DNA from: Camelus ferus
Taxonomy: Eukaryota
Assembly: GCF_009834535.1 (NCBI RefSeq)
Contig: NC_045696.1
Coordinates: 113,090,001 to 113,154,000, forward strand
Direction: 5' to 3'
DNA length: 64,000 nt
Shown here: positions 25,691-37,045 of the stretch, piece by piece
Position numbering within the stretch: the stretch's first letter is position 1
How the letters are laid out: each line of letters begins with the position of its first letter
Notes under the pieces: generated by a model
The model's input: only the letters and a program-made list of their open reading frames with translations
Told to the model about the DNA's origin: nothing
The model's database searches: none
Made by a program: the position numbers and the translations under genes

Positions 25691-26694
25691 GGAATTTTTT
25701 TACCTTAGAGATTTCTTTTTCTTCTTTCTGGGAGTATTTTTGAATACAGACAATTTTTCAAAAGTTGTTTCTCTGGAATTGAACAGATCAAACTTTGGGG
25801 GTCTGGGGTTGAGGTGAACGGAAAATCTTTGTATTGTTATGGACAGCAATTATCTTCTTGCTGATCAAAACAACAAGTAGAACAAAACTTGGCTTATCTG
25901 AATTTGTCTGTATTATGATCGTGTATAGGGAGCAACTCTGATAATGACACCTCTTTTCAAATGTCACATGGAAAGCACCCTAAGTCAGAAAGCGACCATG
26001 GTGGCATTCAAATACCAACCCAAGCATCATCATACTCTGACTAAAAGATGGCTCATGGTGACACTGTACATCTAGCTTGCCTGTGACTGAAGTTAAGACT
26101 TTGCCAGACAATGAAGTCACTAATGGTGGATTGTGATGATGTGATGTGGTGATTTAAAAACTTAACCTGATAATTTGATAATAGAATAAAGTTTTCATGT
26201 ATGCAGTTTTCCTCCTAATTCAGCTTAATTCAAATCTGTATTAGTTGTTCTGAGTTAACACTAAGAGGACTTATGAACTAGGGTAAGATCTAGAGGGCGG
26301 GCCCAATTATATACAATACCTACCTTCTGGCGAGAGCATCCATTCGTTGGTACTTCATCCTTATGAAACCAAAGAACAGTCAATACAATCAATAAAGACA
26401 GTCGCCCTAGAGAAAGGCAGTGGCTTCCTGGGGTGCTATTTGAAAGGGGTTTAGAGATTGGCATTGGACTCGGCAGTAAGGAAAGTTTGTGCTGAATTAG
26501 TATTTTCCTTGACGAGCATGGGAAGGGGCCGATGGTGACATTAAGCCATGCGTTTATCTTGGAACTTTTCAATTCAGTAAATCTTATGGTATCTTGGAAA
26601 CATGAGTTATTTTCTCCATTTTATAGGGTGAAGGAAAGGAACAGTAGACAGGTGTAGCCCAGCATTAAACCTTTTACTTTTTTTTTTCCTGTGC

Positions 26695-26780
26695 ATTTTT
26701 TTTAATTGAAGTTAAGTTGCTTTGCAATCTTATATCAGTTTCAGGTGGTCAACAGAGTGATTCAGTATTTGTATACATTA
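26695..26780 (-). mobile_element. Short L1 3' terminus
   Basis: ttttaattgaagttaagttgctttgcaatc...tttcaggtggtcaacagagtgattcagt. Confidence 0.75.
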
Positions 26781-27609
26781 TACTTCACTTAACAGAATTA
26801 AAACTTTTAGTATCTCTTGCTCTTGTTTCATTTCTGTTCACATTCATGGAGATTATTTCAGATAGTGCCTTACAAATGTTTATCTGTTTCCTCCTTTCCA
26901 TTCCTACTGCCCCTGTTTTGTTTTTGATCCTCATTAAAAGAATTAGTATAGGAGATCTCTAGATCACTCCCCTGCTTCTGGTGCTTAGAATTGTTGGATC
27001 GGGTAAGAGGTCATGGGCTCCATCAAAAACCAAAGGAAAGCGATGGACCATCTCTCAGAAAACTGAATCTTATACAGACTCCTGCCAGTTTGCTCAGGAG
27101 GGCTGTGAATTAATTCCCTGAGGTCTACGCTTAATTACAGATCCCTGGTCTAGCTGTCTCCCTCCTGTCAACCCCTCAAGCTTTTATCAGAGTAATATTT
27201 CTAATGCACAGTTTGAATCATACCACTCTCTGCTCAGGACCTATTCAGTTCCCGTTGCCTTCAGAACAGGAGGAAGCCCAGTGTGCTTGGACTGGGATCC
27301 ACACTTTCCAAGCCCCCTCTTTGCAGCCTCACTGAACTCTCCTCCCAAGTACACAGCCTTCTGAGCCTGACCAGAACACTTGCTGTTTCCCTCAGTACTG
27401 CTTGTACTCTGGTCCCATGGTTGCTGCTACCTGCACACCCTTTCCCTCACTTCCGCCTGCTGATGGATTTTCTAAACTTCAAGCCCAGAGTGTGTTCTGG
27501 TTCTCAGTTATTTGTGCAGGCGGAGCTCTCAGCACCTTGTGTGGTGTCTCGTCCATCCTGGTGGTGGGTTTGCCTGTCTGCCCTCAGATCCCTTCCCTGC
27601 CCGTCCCCT

Positions 27610-28067
27610 GTGTGACTGAAAGGTTGCCATCAAGGCCTGGGCTGTCCAGGTTCTGGAGTCAAGGGGTCTCCTTCTGGGTGGCCCTGGAAGGAGAACAGGA
27701 GACTGAAGGCAGAGGAGGAAACTGGGCCATTCCTTTCTCACACTCTCTGCCCCAGGCAGGCTCTCTAATAACAGCTGCGTCTCCTCTGGGGATTCGAAAC
27801 CTACCAGGGAGGCCGTTGGAGCATTCAGCTTCTGCAGAGGCGGTGGCAGGGGGCAGACCCTGGCCCCTGGGCTCCAGCATCAACACATCCATGCTTGTTG
27901 TTCCTGTAGCTCAGGGATTCTCTGCAGTTCTGAGCTCCCAGATGCCTCAGTCTCCCGTTTGCCTTCACAGCTTTCCTTCTCCTGGGCAATCAGTTCCTGG
28001 CACTATAGTCCTTCTATTTAAATACTTAGATCACTCTATGTTTTCCTGGTTGAACCTGACTGAAACA
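27610..28067. mobile_element. ERVL-type solo LTR (LTR33-like)
   Basis: Starts tgtg..., contains gggtggccctggaaggagaacaggagactgaaggcagaggagg, and ends tttcctggttgaacctgactgaaaca, which resembles the LTR33-family terminus. Confidence 0.55.
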
Positions 28068-28164
28068 GCTGGCATTTGGTGGCTATTTGATGAATTTTAT
28101 TACATAATTTTAAACTCTCTTCTATGTGGGCATCTGTCTTTTGGGTAAACCAGTGGTAGGTCCT

Positions 28165-29412
28165 GCATCAGTTGTATCTAGTGCACAGTCACATTGCATG
28201 GCGTGACTTGGAGGAGTAATGAATTACCTTAAAACTCAATGGTTTGTCAAAAACTAAAAATAGAATTACCATACGATGTAGCAATCCCACTCCTGGGCAT
28301 GTATCCAGAGGGAGCGCTAATTCGAAAATGTTCGTAGCAGCACTATTTACAATAGCCAAGACATGGAAGCAGCCTAAATGTTCATCAGATGACAGATGAC
28401 TGGATAAAGAAGTCATGGTATATTTATACAGTGGAATATTACTCGGCTACAAAAAAAAGAATAAAGTAATGCCATTTGCAGCAACATAGATGGACCTGGA
28501 GATCATCAGTCTAAGTGAAATAAGCCAGAAAGAGAAAGAAAAATACCATATAAGACTCATATGTAGAATCTATAAAAAGAAAAAAGACATGAATGAACTT
28601 ATCTGCAAAACAGAAACAGACTCAACATAGAGAACAAACTTATGGTTACCAGGGGGGAGGGAGTGGGAGGGATAAATTGAGAGTTAGAGATTTGCAAATA
28701 CTAACTGATAGATATATAGAACAGATAAACAACAAGTTCATACTGTATGGCACAGGGAAAACTATATTCAATATCTTGTAGTAACTTAAACAATGAAAAA
28801 ATATGAAAACAAATATATGTATGTATAGGTATGACTGAATATTATGCTGTACACCAGAAATTGACACAACACTGTAAGCTGACTATACTGCAATTAAAAA
28901 AAAATTCAATGGTTTGAAATAGTTGGCACTTATGAGTTCACGAGTCTGAGGACTGGCTGGGTGGTTCTTTGAGTTCCAGCTGGACACACTCATACATCTG
29001 CGTCCACCAGTGGGTCAGCTGGGTGGCCCTGCCCAGCTTGCCTGGGCTGATTAATATGTGTGGGGCTTGGCTACCGTAGGCTGATCTGGAACAGTGGTGG
29101 CTGAGACATGAGTCAATGCCATTCCACGTTTCTGAGCCATGACAAGCTAGTCCAGGCATGTCCTCATGGCAGTTAGAGGAGCAAAGAAGACACAGAAACG
29201 TAACAAGAACTTTTTCAAACTTCAACATGCGGCATACCTGCTAACAGTTCATTGGCCAAAGCAAGTCATGTGACCAAAAGCTGCATCAGAGAGGGCAGGG
29301 AAATCGACTCCACCTCTTTAGTGAGAGGAGCTGCGAAGTTACATGGCAAAAGGGTAGTTGCCAGGGGGGCTGAAGTTGTAGGCAGTGAATGCAATGCAAT
29401 CAGTCTATCCCA
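28165..29412 (-). mobile_element. MLT1 (MaLR) LTR interrupted by an L1
   Basis: ttaccttaaaactcaatggtttg|aaatag...ccaggcatgtcctcatggcag...cattggccaaagcaagtcatgtgacc...gaggagctgcgaagttacatggcaaaaggg. Confidence 0.8.
28247..28900 (+). mobile_element. L1 3' portion (end of ORF2 plus 3'UTR)
   Basis: aaaaactaaaaatagaattaccatacgat...gcaatcccactcctgggcat...gactatactgcaatt plus A-tail. 16-bp TSD aaaactcaatggtttg (28231-28246) / aaaattcaatggtttg (28901-28916). Confidence 0.93.
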
Positions 29413-30289
29413 GGCTCCAGAGAATTTGATGAGAGACCTGAGACCAAAGAAATAGAACGATGACATTAAATTTTTGCCATCATAGTAACTCTTCTTAAAA
29501 GAAAACTTTGCAATAAAATACACGTTATGTATTTGCTAGTTTGTTCTGTAGAGTTCATTTGTACATAGTTACAGACTGAAAAAAAAATAGACCGAGTAAA
29601 GAGTCATTTATAAATAACATATTAATAAACCGAGTTAAAGGGACTTTATTTATACTTTAACCTTCAATTTGCATTAATTGGGAGCAGTCCTGGGAAATGG
29701 TGCCAACCTTACCTCAGGTCAGATGGCTTAACAAAATGAACTGCTTCATGCCCAGAAATTAATGTATCCCAAATATAAATAGGATTCAGTTACAAAACAG
29801 AATTTTGAAAGTACAGAATAACCACACTGTTAATATATTTGTGTCCCAATTAAAAATGTGTAAAGAACACACATTTTGGGCTAAAGTTGTCCCAGGGAGC
29901 GATTCTCATTTTTGCCTTGAATTTTGTGTCAACAAACCAGGCCACCTCCTTTGAGCCACGAGCAAATTCACAGATCCCTGTTTTCTAAAGACACGAAGAA
30001 TTAAAAATGGGGATGTTTAAGTTGGAAAGGTCTGGGCCTTGACCTTGCTACTTTAAATTTCCTTCATCACTAGGAAGTCACTTTGAATTTGTCTCTGCGG
30101 AGAACTCTAATTTGGTTTGAGCCACACCATGAAAGAGATGCTGTCTGTTTGTATTATAGAAAAACTTGGAAGCCACCTCCGTGACACTGTTTTTCAGTTT
30201 TCTCCTCTGCAGTTTTCTCCTGAAACCTGAGCCTGTTCTCAGTCATTCAGAATGAGGCCTCTGACCACCTACTGCCGGAGCGAGATTCC

Positions 30290-30490
30290 TGGCTAGCCTC
30301 TTTTTCACTGTCTGGGCAAAATTTGGAACCTTCTTTGCCTCTCCTTTCCTCATCTGAGCAATGGGGTTATTAATAATACCTACCTCATCTGATCAGTGTG
30401 AGGATTAAATTAAGTGAGCTTAGGTAAGAGGATTAGCCTAGCCTGCCCACAAGATGTGTTTCAGAAGTGTTATATTAAAATACTCATTAT
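30290..30490 (+). mobile_element. MIR SINE
   Basis: tttcctcatctgagcaatggggttattaataatacctacctcatc...gtgaggattaaat. Confidence 0.8.
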
Positions 30491-31199
30491 TATTAATTAT
30501 GAGGTGAGAAAGTTTAGGTGGTTTTCACTGAGTCAGGTTCACATACAGTCTTCAAAGTCTTAATCAGAATTGTACCCTCAAAAAGTACACTGCGGTTCAG
30601 TATTGTTTTTCATACAAAGGCACTGTTTGTTTTTAGATATTAGTGTCAAGGGTAGTGGTGTATATCTCCTCATTGTCACCCTAAAGCCACAGCAATTACA
30701 AACACAAGCTTCTTCCTGGCCTTGCCAACATGGTCTTTGAGAACGCTTTTAGAATGTGCTTCTTAAATGCTGTGGTCTTCAATCTCACGATCAGAGTTTC
30801 TGGTTGTCTAGCAAACAATGAGATGATATCGACACACTTGGGATTTGAGATTTATGACAAAAGCAAATGGAGAGAGACTTGGAAGAAAATAGATCAATAC
30901 AAGCCCAAAGTCTTCCTGAATGTTGTTTTAAAAGGGAGGGGTGGGGGAGGGGGAAAAAAGAGGGTTAAAAAAAGGAAAGACATTTTAAAAAATGAAAAAT
31001 AAATTTTAAAAAGAAAAGGAAAATTAATAATAAGCCAATCAATTTTTAACAAATCCATTTTGCCTTTAACACACTGAGTGTCCACTCTGCATGGAGTCAC
31101 ACTGCAGAAGAACAGCACTTTGAGATGCTCTGGATGGAGGTGCAGAAGAAACTCGTACATACACACATACGTACGCATCCACACACAACCACCACGCAC

Positions 31200-31635
31200 T
31201 TTTTAAAAATTCTTATTTCTTATTTGAAGTGTAGTCAATTTACAATGTTAGTTTCAAATATACAGCAAAATAATTCAGCTATACATATATATATATATAG
31301 TCATATATATGCAGATTTTTTTCCATTACAGCTCATTACAAGAAATTGAATACAGTTCCGTATACTAGACAGTAGGTACTTGTTGTTTATCTATTTTATG
31401 TATAGTAAAGTGTATCTATTAATCCCAAATGTCTAAGCTATCCCTGCCCCTCTTCCCCCACCCCCAGTAATCACAGTTTGTTTTCTATGTCCGTGAATCC
31501 TTTTCTGGTTTGTAAGCAAAATTTGTATTTTCTTTTTAGATTCCACCTAGAAGTGATATCATTATAGTATTTGTCTCTCTCAGTCGGACTTACTTCACTT
31601 AGTACAATCATCCCTAGGTCCATCCACGTTGCCAG
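31200..31635 (-). mobile_element. L1 3' end
   Basis: tttgaagtgtagtcaatttacaatgttagtttc...ttagattccac...gacttacttcacttagtacaatcatccctaggtccatccacgttgc. Confidence 0.9.
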
Positions 31636-34600
31636 CACACACTTTAATGACAGGACAAGTGCTTTGATGGTCCCGGGCAGAGCGGCAGTGACTGAGCGGA
31701 GACTTAGTGTGGCAGCAGAGGGCACGAGCTGCTGCCGTCACAGTGGCCAGCTCACACACGTGACACTGAGTCGAAGTGTAGAAGGCCAGATACAGGTACA
31801 CAGACTTGGATCACCTAGGTGAATTAAAAACATTCAAACACTGTTCATTGTCCTGGAAACACATATTATTTGTAAATGTTAAAAAGCATTGTGTTCTGGA
31901 AAGATACAAACAAATTCATGGTCTGGCCTTGGAGTGAGGTTGTCAAGAAGATTATGTGCTCTATTTTGTTTAATTAGAAAAAAAAATAGCTGATTAGGAC
32001 AAAATATTGTCAGTGGTCCCTTCTGAGTAGCGGGGACCCAGACATTTGTTCCGCCAACCTCTGCTCCTCTGTGATGTCTAAGTTCCCCACAACAACAATT
32101 GTGGAACCACAGTTACTGAAAACGCAGCTCCTCACTGGCTGTGCAGAGAGACACCTGGCGACGTCATTTCCTGCAGGAACCCAGGCTGGGGCCAGCTTGA
32201 CTGTGTCTTCCATGCTTTACACCCGTGGGAAGTGTCCCCAGCATCATCGCATTGATCCCTTCCGGACAGCTCCGTAGCTTCCTCTCAGCCACACACCCTG
32301 ACGTCTCGCCAGAGGCACGACCCACGCTGGTCTTTGTTAGGACCTAGCCTGGGAACTGCCCTCTGACACCCAGCTGGACCCCTATTTAGCACAAAATTCC
32401 TAAGATGTTTAAGATTCACCATTACCTTTTGGCCATCTTCCCAGCCTGGGAATCCAAAACCCTGGAGTCCTGTGCACAGATAAGTAGGTCTTTGGGATCC
32501 ACAAACGTTGTCCAATGCCTATAATGCATTATAACAACCCTTATGTTAAAGCCCCTTTCTCTGAAGCCGCCTTCCCTTGGGAATGAGATTTTGTCTAAGT
32601 CTATTTGCATCTATTCAAAATCAGAGGCAGCCCTGAAACCAGATTCTGTTTAAACATAGAAGGAAGAGCAGTGGCAGATTAAGCAAATGTTGGGGAACTT
32701 TAAAAAAAAAAAAAAACACACTTCTATTTATCTTCCTGTGTTTCCTTTTTTCCAGATCTGCAGTTCCCCTCTCGTCGGCCGTCCTGCGTGGGTGCCTAGT
32801 TCCTCCCTGGATTTCATGGATCGGAAGGTTAGATGCCAGGCTTGACTTGGCTGTTTGCAGATTCGTGGTCTTTATGATTGTTGCTTTTTAACATTATGGG
32901 AATTGTCTTCTCATTTGTGGCACTACTACTGTTGTTACTGAACACAGTTTTGAACTCTGTAGGTATTTGGGAGAAATATAGAACATGAAATGGATCAAAA
33001 ATCAACATAATGGAGAAAAGGATGCTATGAATTCACTTGGAGGAAGAAAAGTCATAATTGGTCAGAGTGAAAGGAGCCCATTTTTAATTTGTTATATGGA
33101 AAACTGCTTGATAAAGAAGCAATAGTCCTCTCCAATCTCTCTGTCCTAAAATGGTTTAAAAAAAGAAAAAAAAAGAAAAGAAAAGAAAGGCAAAAGGATG
33201 AGATCACCTTTGGTTAGAGCAAGTCTGATAGGATGTGAGCACCTGTGCAGGGCAGAGCCTCTTCCCCTACTGCCCAGCCCACTGGGCCTCCCTCTGGTCT
33301 CCAGATGTTTGGAAGTCTCAAGCCGCCTGTTGGGAGCACGAAGATGTCATTTGGAACCGAGTTTGTTTACATTATTATAACAACAGTTTCAGTTTGTCTC
33401 CGCCGTTAAGGTTGTATCAACACTTCCCTTTCTGTGTTTATTATTTTTAGCAGTTGAAAAGCTAAGCATGAAAAATGTCTCTCTGGCGGTCAGGGGACGT
33501 TCCGGCTGGGCCAGGGTCTGTGGCGTCTGGAGCAGTGCTGGCGGGTGAGGGAGTCGGGTCTTCTGAATGCTGTCTTTGTGTCTCCCATCGCCAGGGCCTC
33601 TGGCCTATTGTCCGGCCGCCTCGGCTGGGGTGGCGCTATCTGATTGTAACCAGTGCTAATATTACAGGGCTCAGTGCCCAGGCCCTCCCTGGGGGCCCCT
33701 AGTCTGGCTGCCTCTGTCTCCCAGCCCTCTCTCCAGGGGACCAGTCACAGCTCTCATATCAGAAACACTATTTGTAATTTATAGAATGTTCCAGGGAAAA
33801 GGATCAGTAAGGATCGTCTAGACCTGCAGGTCTCTGACATTTTTTTTTTTTTACAAAGAACTTTTACTCAAATGCAATCTTTCAATGAAACCCGATTTGT
33901 AAGACATGCAAAAGTACAGCCGTTCTGTTTGAAGGCACGAAGCTTGCCCTAAACGCCACTCTTTAGCCTTCTCTCCCTCCACACCCCTAACCAAGGTGAC
34001 TTCTCAGGTCCCCTCACCACCCCCTCTCCAGGTAACCTTCACCTACACCTCCCCAGAATTCTTGCCACCATTTTTACAGGGCAAGCCCCTCAGTCTACGG
34101 ATAAGGAAACTAAGAGGTGATTTTATAGATGCTTAGCACATGAGACATTAGACACTAAAAAAGTATACTGGATTCATTTTTTACGTAGTTTTAGAGAAGG
34201 CAGGACTAATCTCGGGTGATAACAATTAAAAGAGTGGTTACTTCGTGGAGAGGAGGGGTTGACGGGGAATGGGCTCAGGAGAATTTTCTTGGGTGATGGA
34301 AATATTTATCTCAACAGAAGTGTGGGCTGCCTGGCATTTGTCAAAACTCTCCTGTGCTTTTTACCATATGTAATAAAAACAAAGAAGGAGGATAAGGCCA
34401 AAATATTAGCTGATTTGTGGATGAAAATGCTGAGAACTTCTTTAAATACTGAAAATTCTGATGGTCTTTCTTAAAGCTACGTGGCTGTTTATTGAATGGG
34501 GTCTATGGTCATTATGCAAAGTTACAGAAGACAGGAGACCACGATGGTTTTCCAGCCCTTTCTTGGTTCAGTAATTATGAAAAACAGAAAAAACATCTCA

Positions 34601-34943
34601 GAGAATTTCAGACAACAATGCACTGAATCCCTTTTGGGGTCTTCTAGCCCATCGTGCAGCTGAAGTGTGTTTACTGGTGTTCTGAGAGTAGACGTTGCAA
34701 GTACGCTGCTTGATTCGTGCATGACTTTGACATGTACTATTGGTAAACTCCAGGAAATTGCTCATAATTTTTTAAATATTTTGTTCCTTCTCTGAATGCT
34801 TTTTTATGACCTATAAAATGGAAGTTTTCTTGTCACATATCTTGCTGGAGTGGAACTTCTGGTGACAGAGTGGAATTCAGGCCTGAAGGGACACTGACAT
34901 CCTTGCACTAAGGCATTTGGGCCCTTTAAAAGTGACTTTCCTT

Positions 34944-35126
34944 GGGGGAGGGTAGAGCTCAGTGGTAGAGCGCATGCTTAGCATGCACGAGGTCCTGAGT
35001 TCAGTCCCCAGTACCTCCTCTAAAAATAAAGAAATAAATAAACCTAATTACCTACCCCTCCTCTAAAAAAAAAAACCCAAAGTAAATAAATGTCACTTTT
35101 CAAAAAATAAAAAAAAAAATTTTAAA
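34944..35126 (+). mobile_element. tRNA-Ala-derived camelid SINE (vic-1 type), full length with long tail
   Basis: gggggagggtagagctcagtggtagagcgcatgcttagcatgcacgaggtcctgagttcagtccccagtacctcc. 11-bp TSD tgactttcctt (34933-34943 / 35127-35137). Confidence 0.93.
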
Positions 35127-35414
35127 TGACTTTCCTTCCCCCGACATACTTGGAACCAACTCTACTTAAATTGTTCAGTGTGCACGTTTTAGAAGTCTGG
35201 CATGAACATCGAAGGTTATGATTTGGGTTGAAATACTGCTAAGGTCATAGGCCCAGGCAGAGAGGACCCAGAGGCCAACCCTGCATTTTAGATCCTGATG
35301 AGAAAACTGGGCTGGGAAGAGCCAGGAGAATGTTCTCGAAAAGGAAATGATGACAGTGATGGGAAATGGTAAGAAAGGGTCACGTGAAGCAGGAGCAGGA
35401 AGGCTTTAAAGATA

Positions 35415-35586
35415 CAGTCGTCCCTGGGAATCTGGGGGAGCAGTTCCAGGACCCCCAGCATATGAAAATCCTAGATGCTCGAGTCCCTCATGTAGATAAA
35501 ATGGTGCAGGACAGTCAACCCGCCACTTCCCCGGGTTCCACATCCGTGGATTCAACCAGCCCCGGATGGACCCAAGGGGCGGGCTG
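35415..35586. mobile_element. TcMar-Tigger MITE (MER2/Tigger1-like)
   Basis: ta|cagtcgtccct...gttccaggaccccc...gatgctcgagtccct...gggttccacatccgtggattcaacca...aggggcgggctg. The ends are imperfect inverted repeats. Confidence 0.75.
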
Positions 35587-36649
35587 TGCACCAGTGTTCC
35601 AAACTTCAGGGCTGTGTGACTTTTCTTCAGAAAGAACTAACTGCTACTTCTGTGATTTCCAAAAAAAAAAAGGCCAAGGCCTATTTCACTCATAAGATGG
35701 ATCCACATTAACAAAAATTTAGACCACTAATGAGGCTATGGAAAAACGGAATCAGCTGTAAAAAGATCATTTTAAGTAACCAGGACATGTTTTAACCCAC
35801 ACATACCGCATTTGGCCCGCACATGCATGCAAAAGTCCCCATCGAATCAAATTTAATTTAGCAAGATTTTTATCCAACCAATTTAATTTAATGTGCACAA
35901 GAACAGAAATGAAATTGCACAACGTAGGAAGAGTTTGAACAGAATTTGCTTTTTTGCAATTCAACGTCTATTGAAAAGGCACCGGTTCTTCAAGTCATTA
36001 AGAGTCAATTTATTCAAATGGCAAGGACCAAGACAAATTGTATGACTTCTCCAATCCAGTGATTTGGGGCACATGAGTCTCCTAGGGCCAATGTTCTTGA
36101 AATGTGCGTGTGTGAAAATACATGTAAGCTACAGGGCAAGGGGTGTTAGGAAAATGTAGCATATATGTAGTCAGATTTCAGTTATTCATGAGAATGAGAG
36201 TAAAATGTCACTAACTGAAGTCCAATCTATTGATATTTTTCCCACTGACTCTTAAAAATCAGCAACCTGGACCTTTTCAGCCACTAAACTGCTTCCAAGG
36301 GCTGTGAACAAGTGGGAAATAACCTGATTTGATATTTTCCTTCTCCTTCTCACAACTCTTTTTCCTATTGGTACAACTGGGCTCGTCACAACTAAAAAAC
36401 TGGGAGAGAGAAAAATAACAAACACCTTAATGTGCATGTTATGATTCTTCTCCTTTTCCAGACAGGGAAACTGAGGGTGGAAGGCCAGGAGCAGTGCCCG
36501 AGGAGGTGGCTGTCACCATGGCAGGGCTGGGCTTGAACACACATCTTTCTGTCTAGAATAAGAAGAGAAGCAATGGATTGAAACTAAACATTATATTACC
36601 TTGGATGGAGAGGAGAAATAGCCAAATTTGTGGAGAGAGTAGACTACTA

Positions 36650-37045
36650 TTTTGGGCCTGTGCATAACAAAAAAAGTCTTAAATAATAGTGACAAACACA
36701 CAAACATTTATTTTTCTGCCCAGGACAGTTGTGAGGGAGGTGAGTGGTGGTTCTGTTATCATCAGGGACTCAGGTACCTTCTATCTTTCTGTATTTTTAC
36801 TCTTAAATGTATATTTTATCCTCAAGGTTACCTCTTGGGTCAAGATGGCTGCTGGAGCACTAGCCCTCACACATTAATTCTCAGCAGCAGGAAAGCTGGA
36901 AAGAGGGGGACAAAAGGCACCCATTACCAGCTGTTTTTCCTGTCTAGGAGGCCTTAACATGAATTCCCACCTCACAGCTTCTACCTACAATCGCATCTAC
37001 CAACTCCTGGTTGCAAAAGAATCTGGAAAATGTAGCTTGGGTACT
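36650..37045 (-). mobile_element. MLT1 (MaLR) LTR
   Basis: catcagggactcagg...caagatggctgctggagcactagcc...gcaaaagaatctggaaaatgtagct. Confidence 0.7.

Noticed and set aside
26316..26365. Possible 36-nt minus-strand micro-exon ending aag|gtaggt
   Set aside because: Weak acceptor, unrecognised peptide and no partner exons.
27402..28148. 248-aa plus-strand ORF, the longest in the window
   Set aside because: Non-ATG start, runs across an LTR-like repeat, no recognisable domain.
34944..35020. tRNA-Ala(AGC)-like sequence as a real tRNA gene
   Set aside because: Degenerate B box, SINE tail, TSD and five related copies in the window show it is a SINE.
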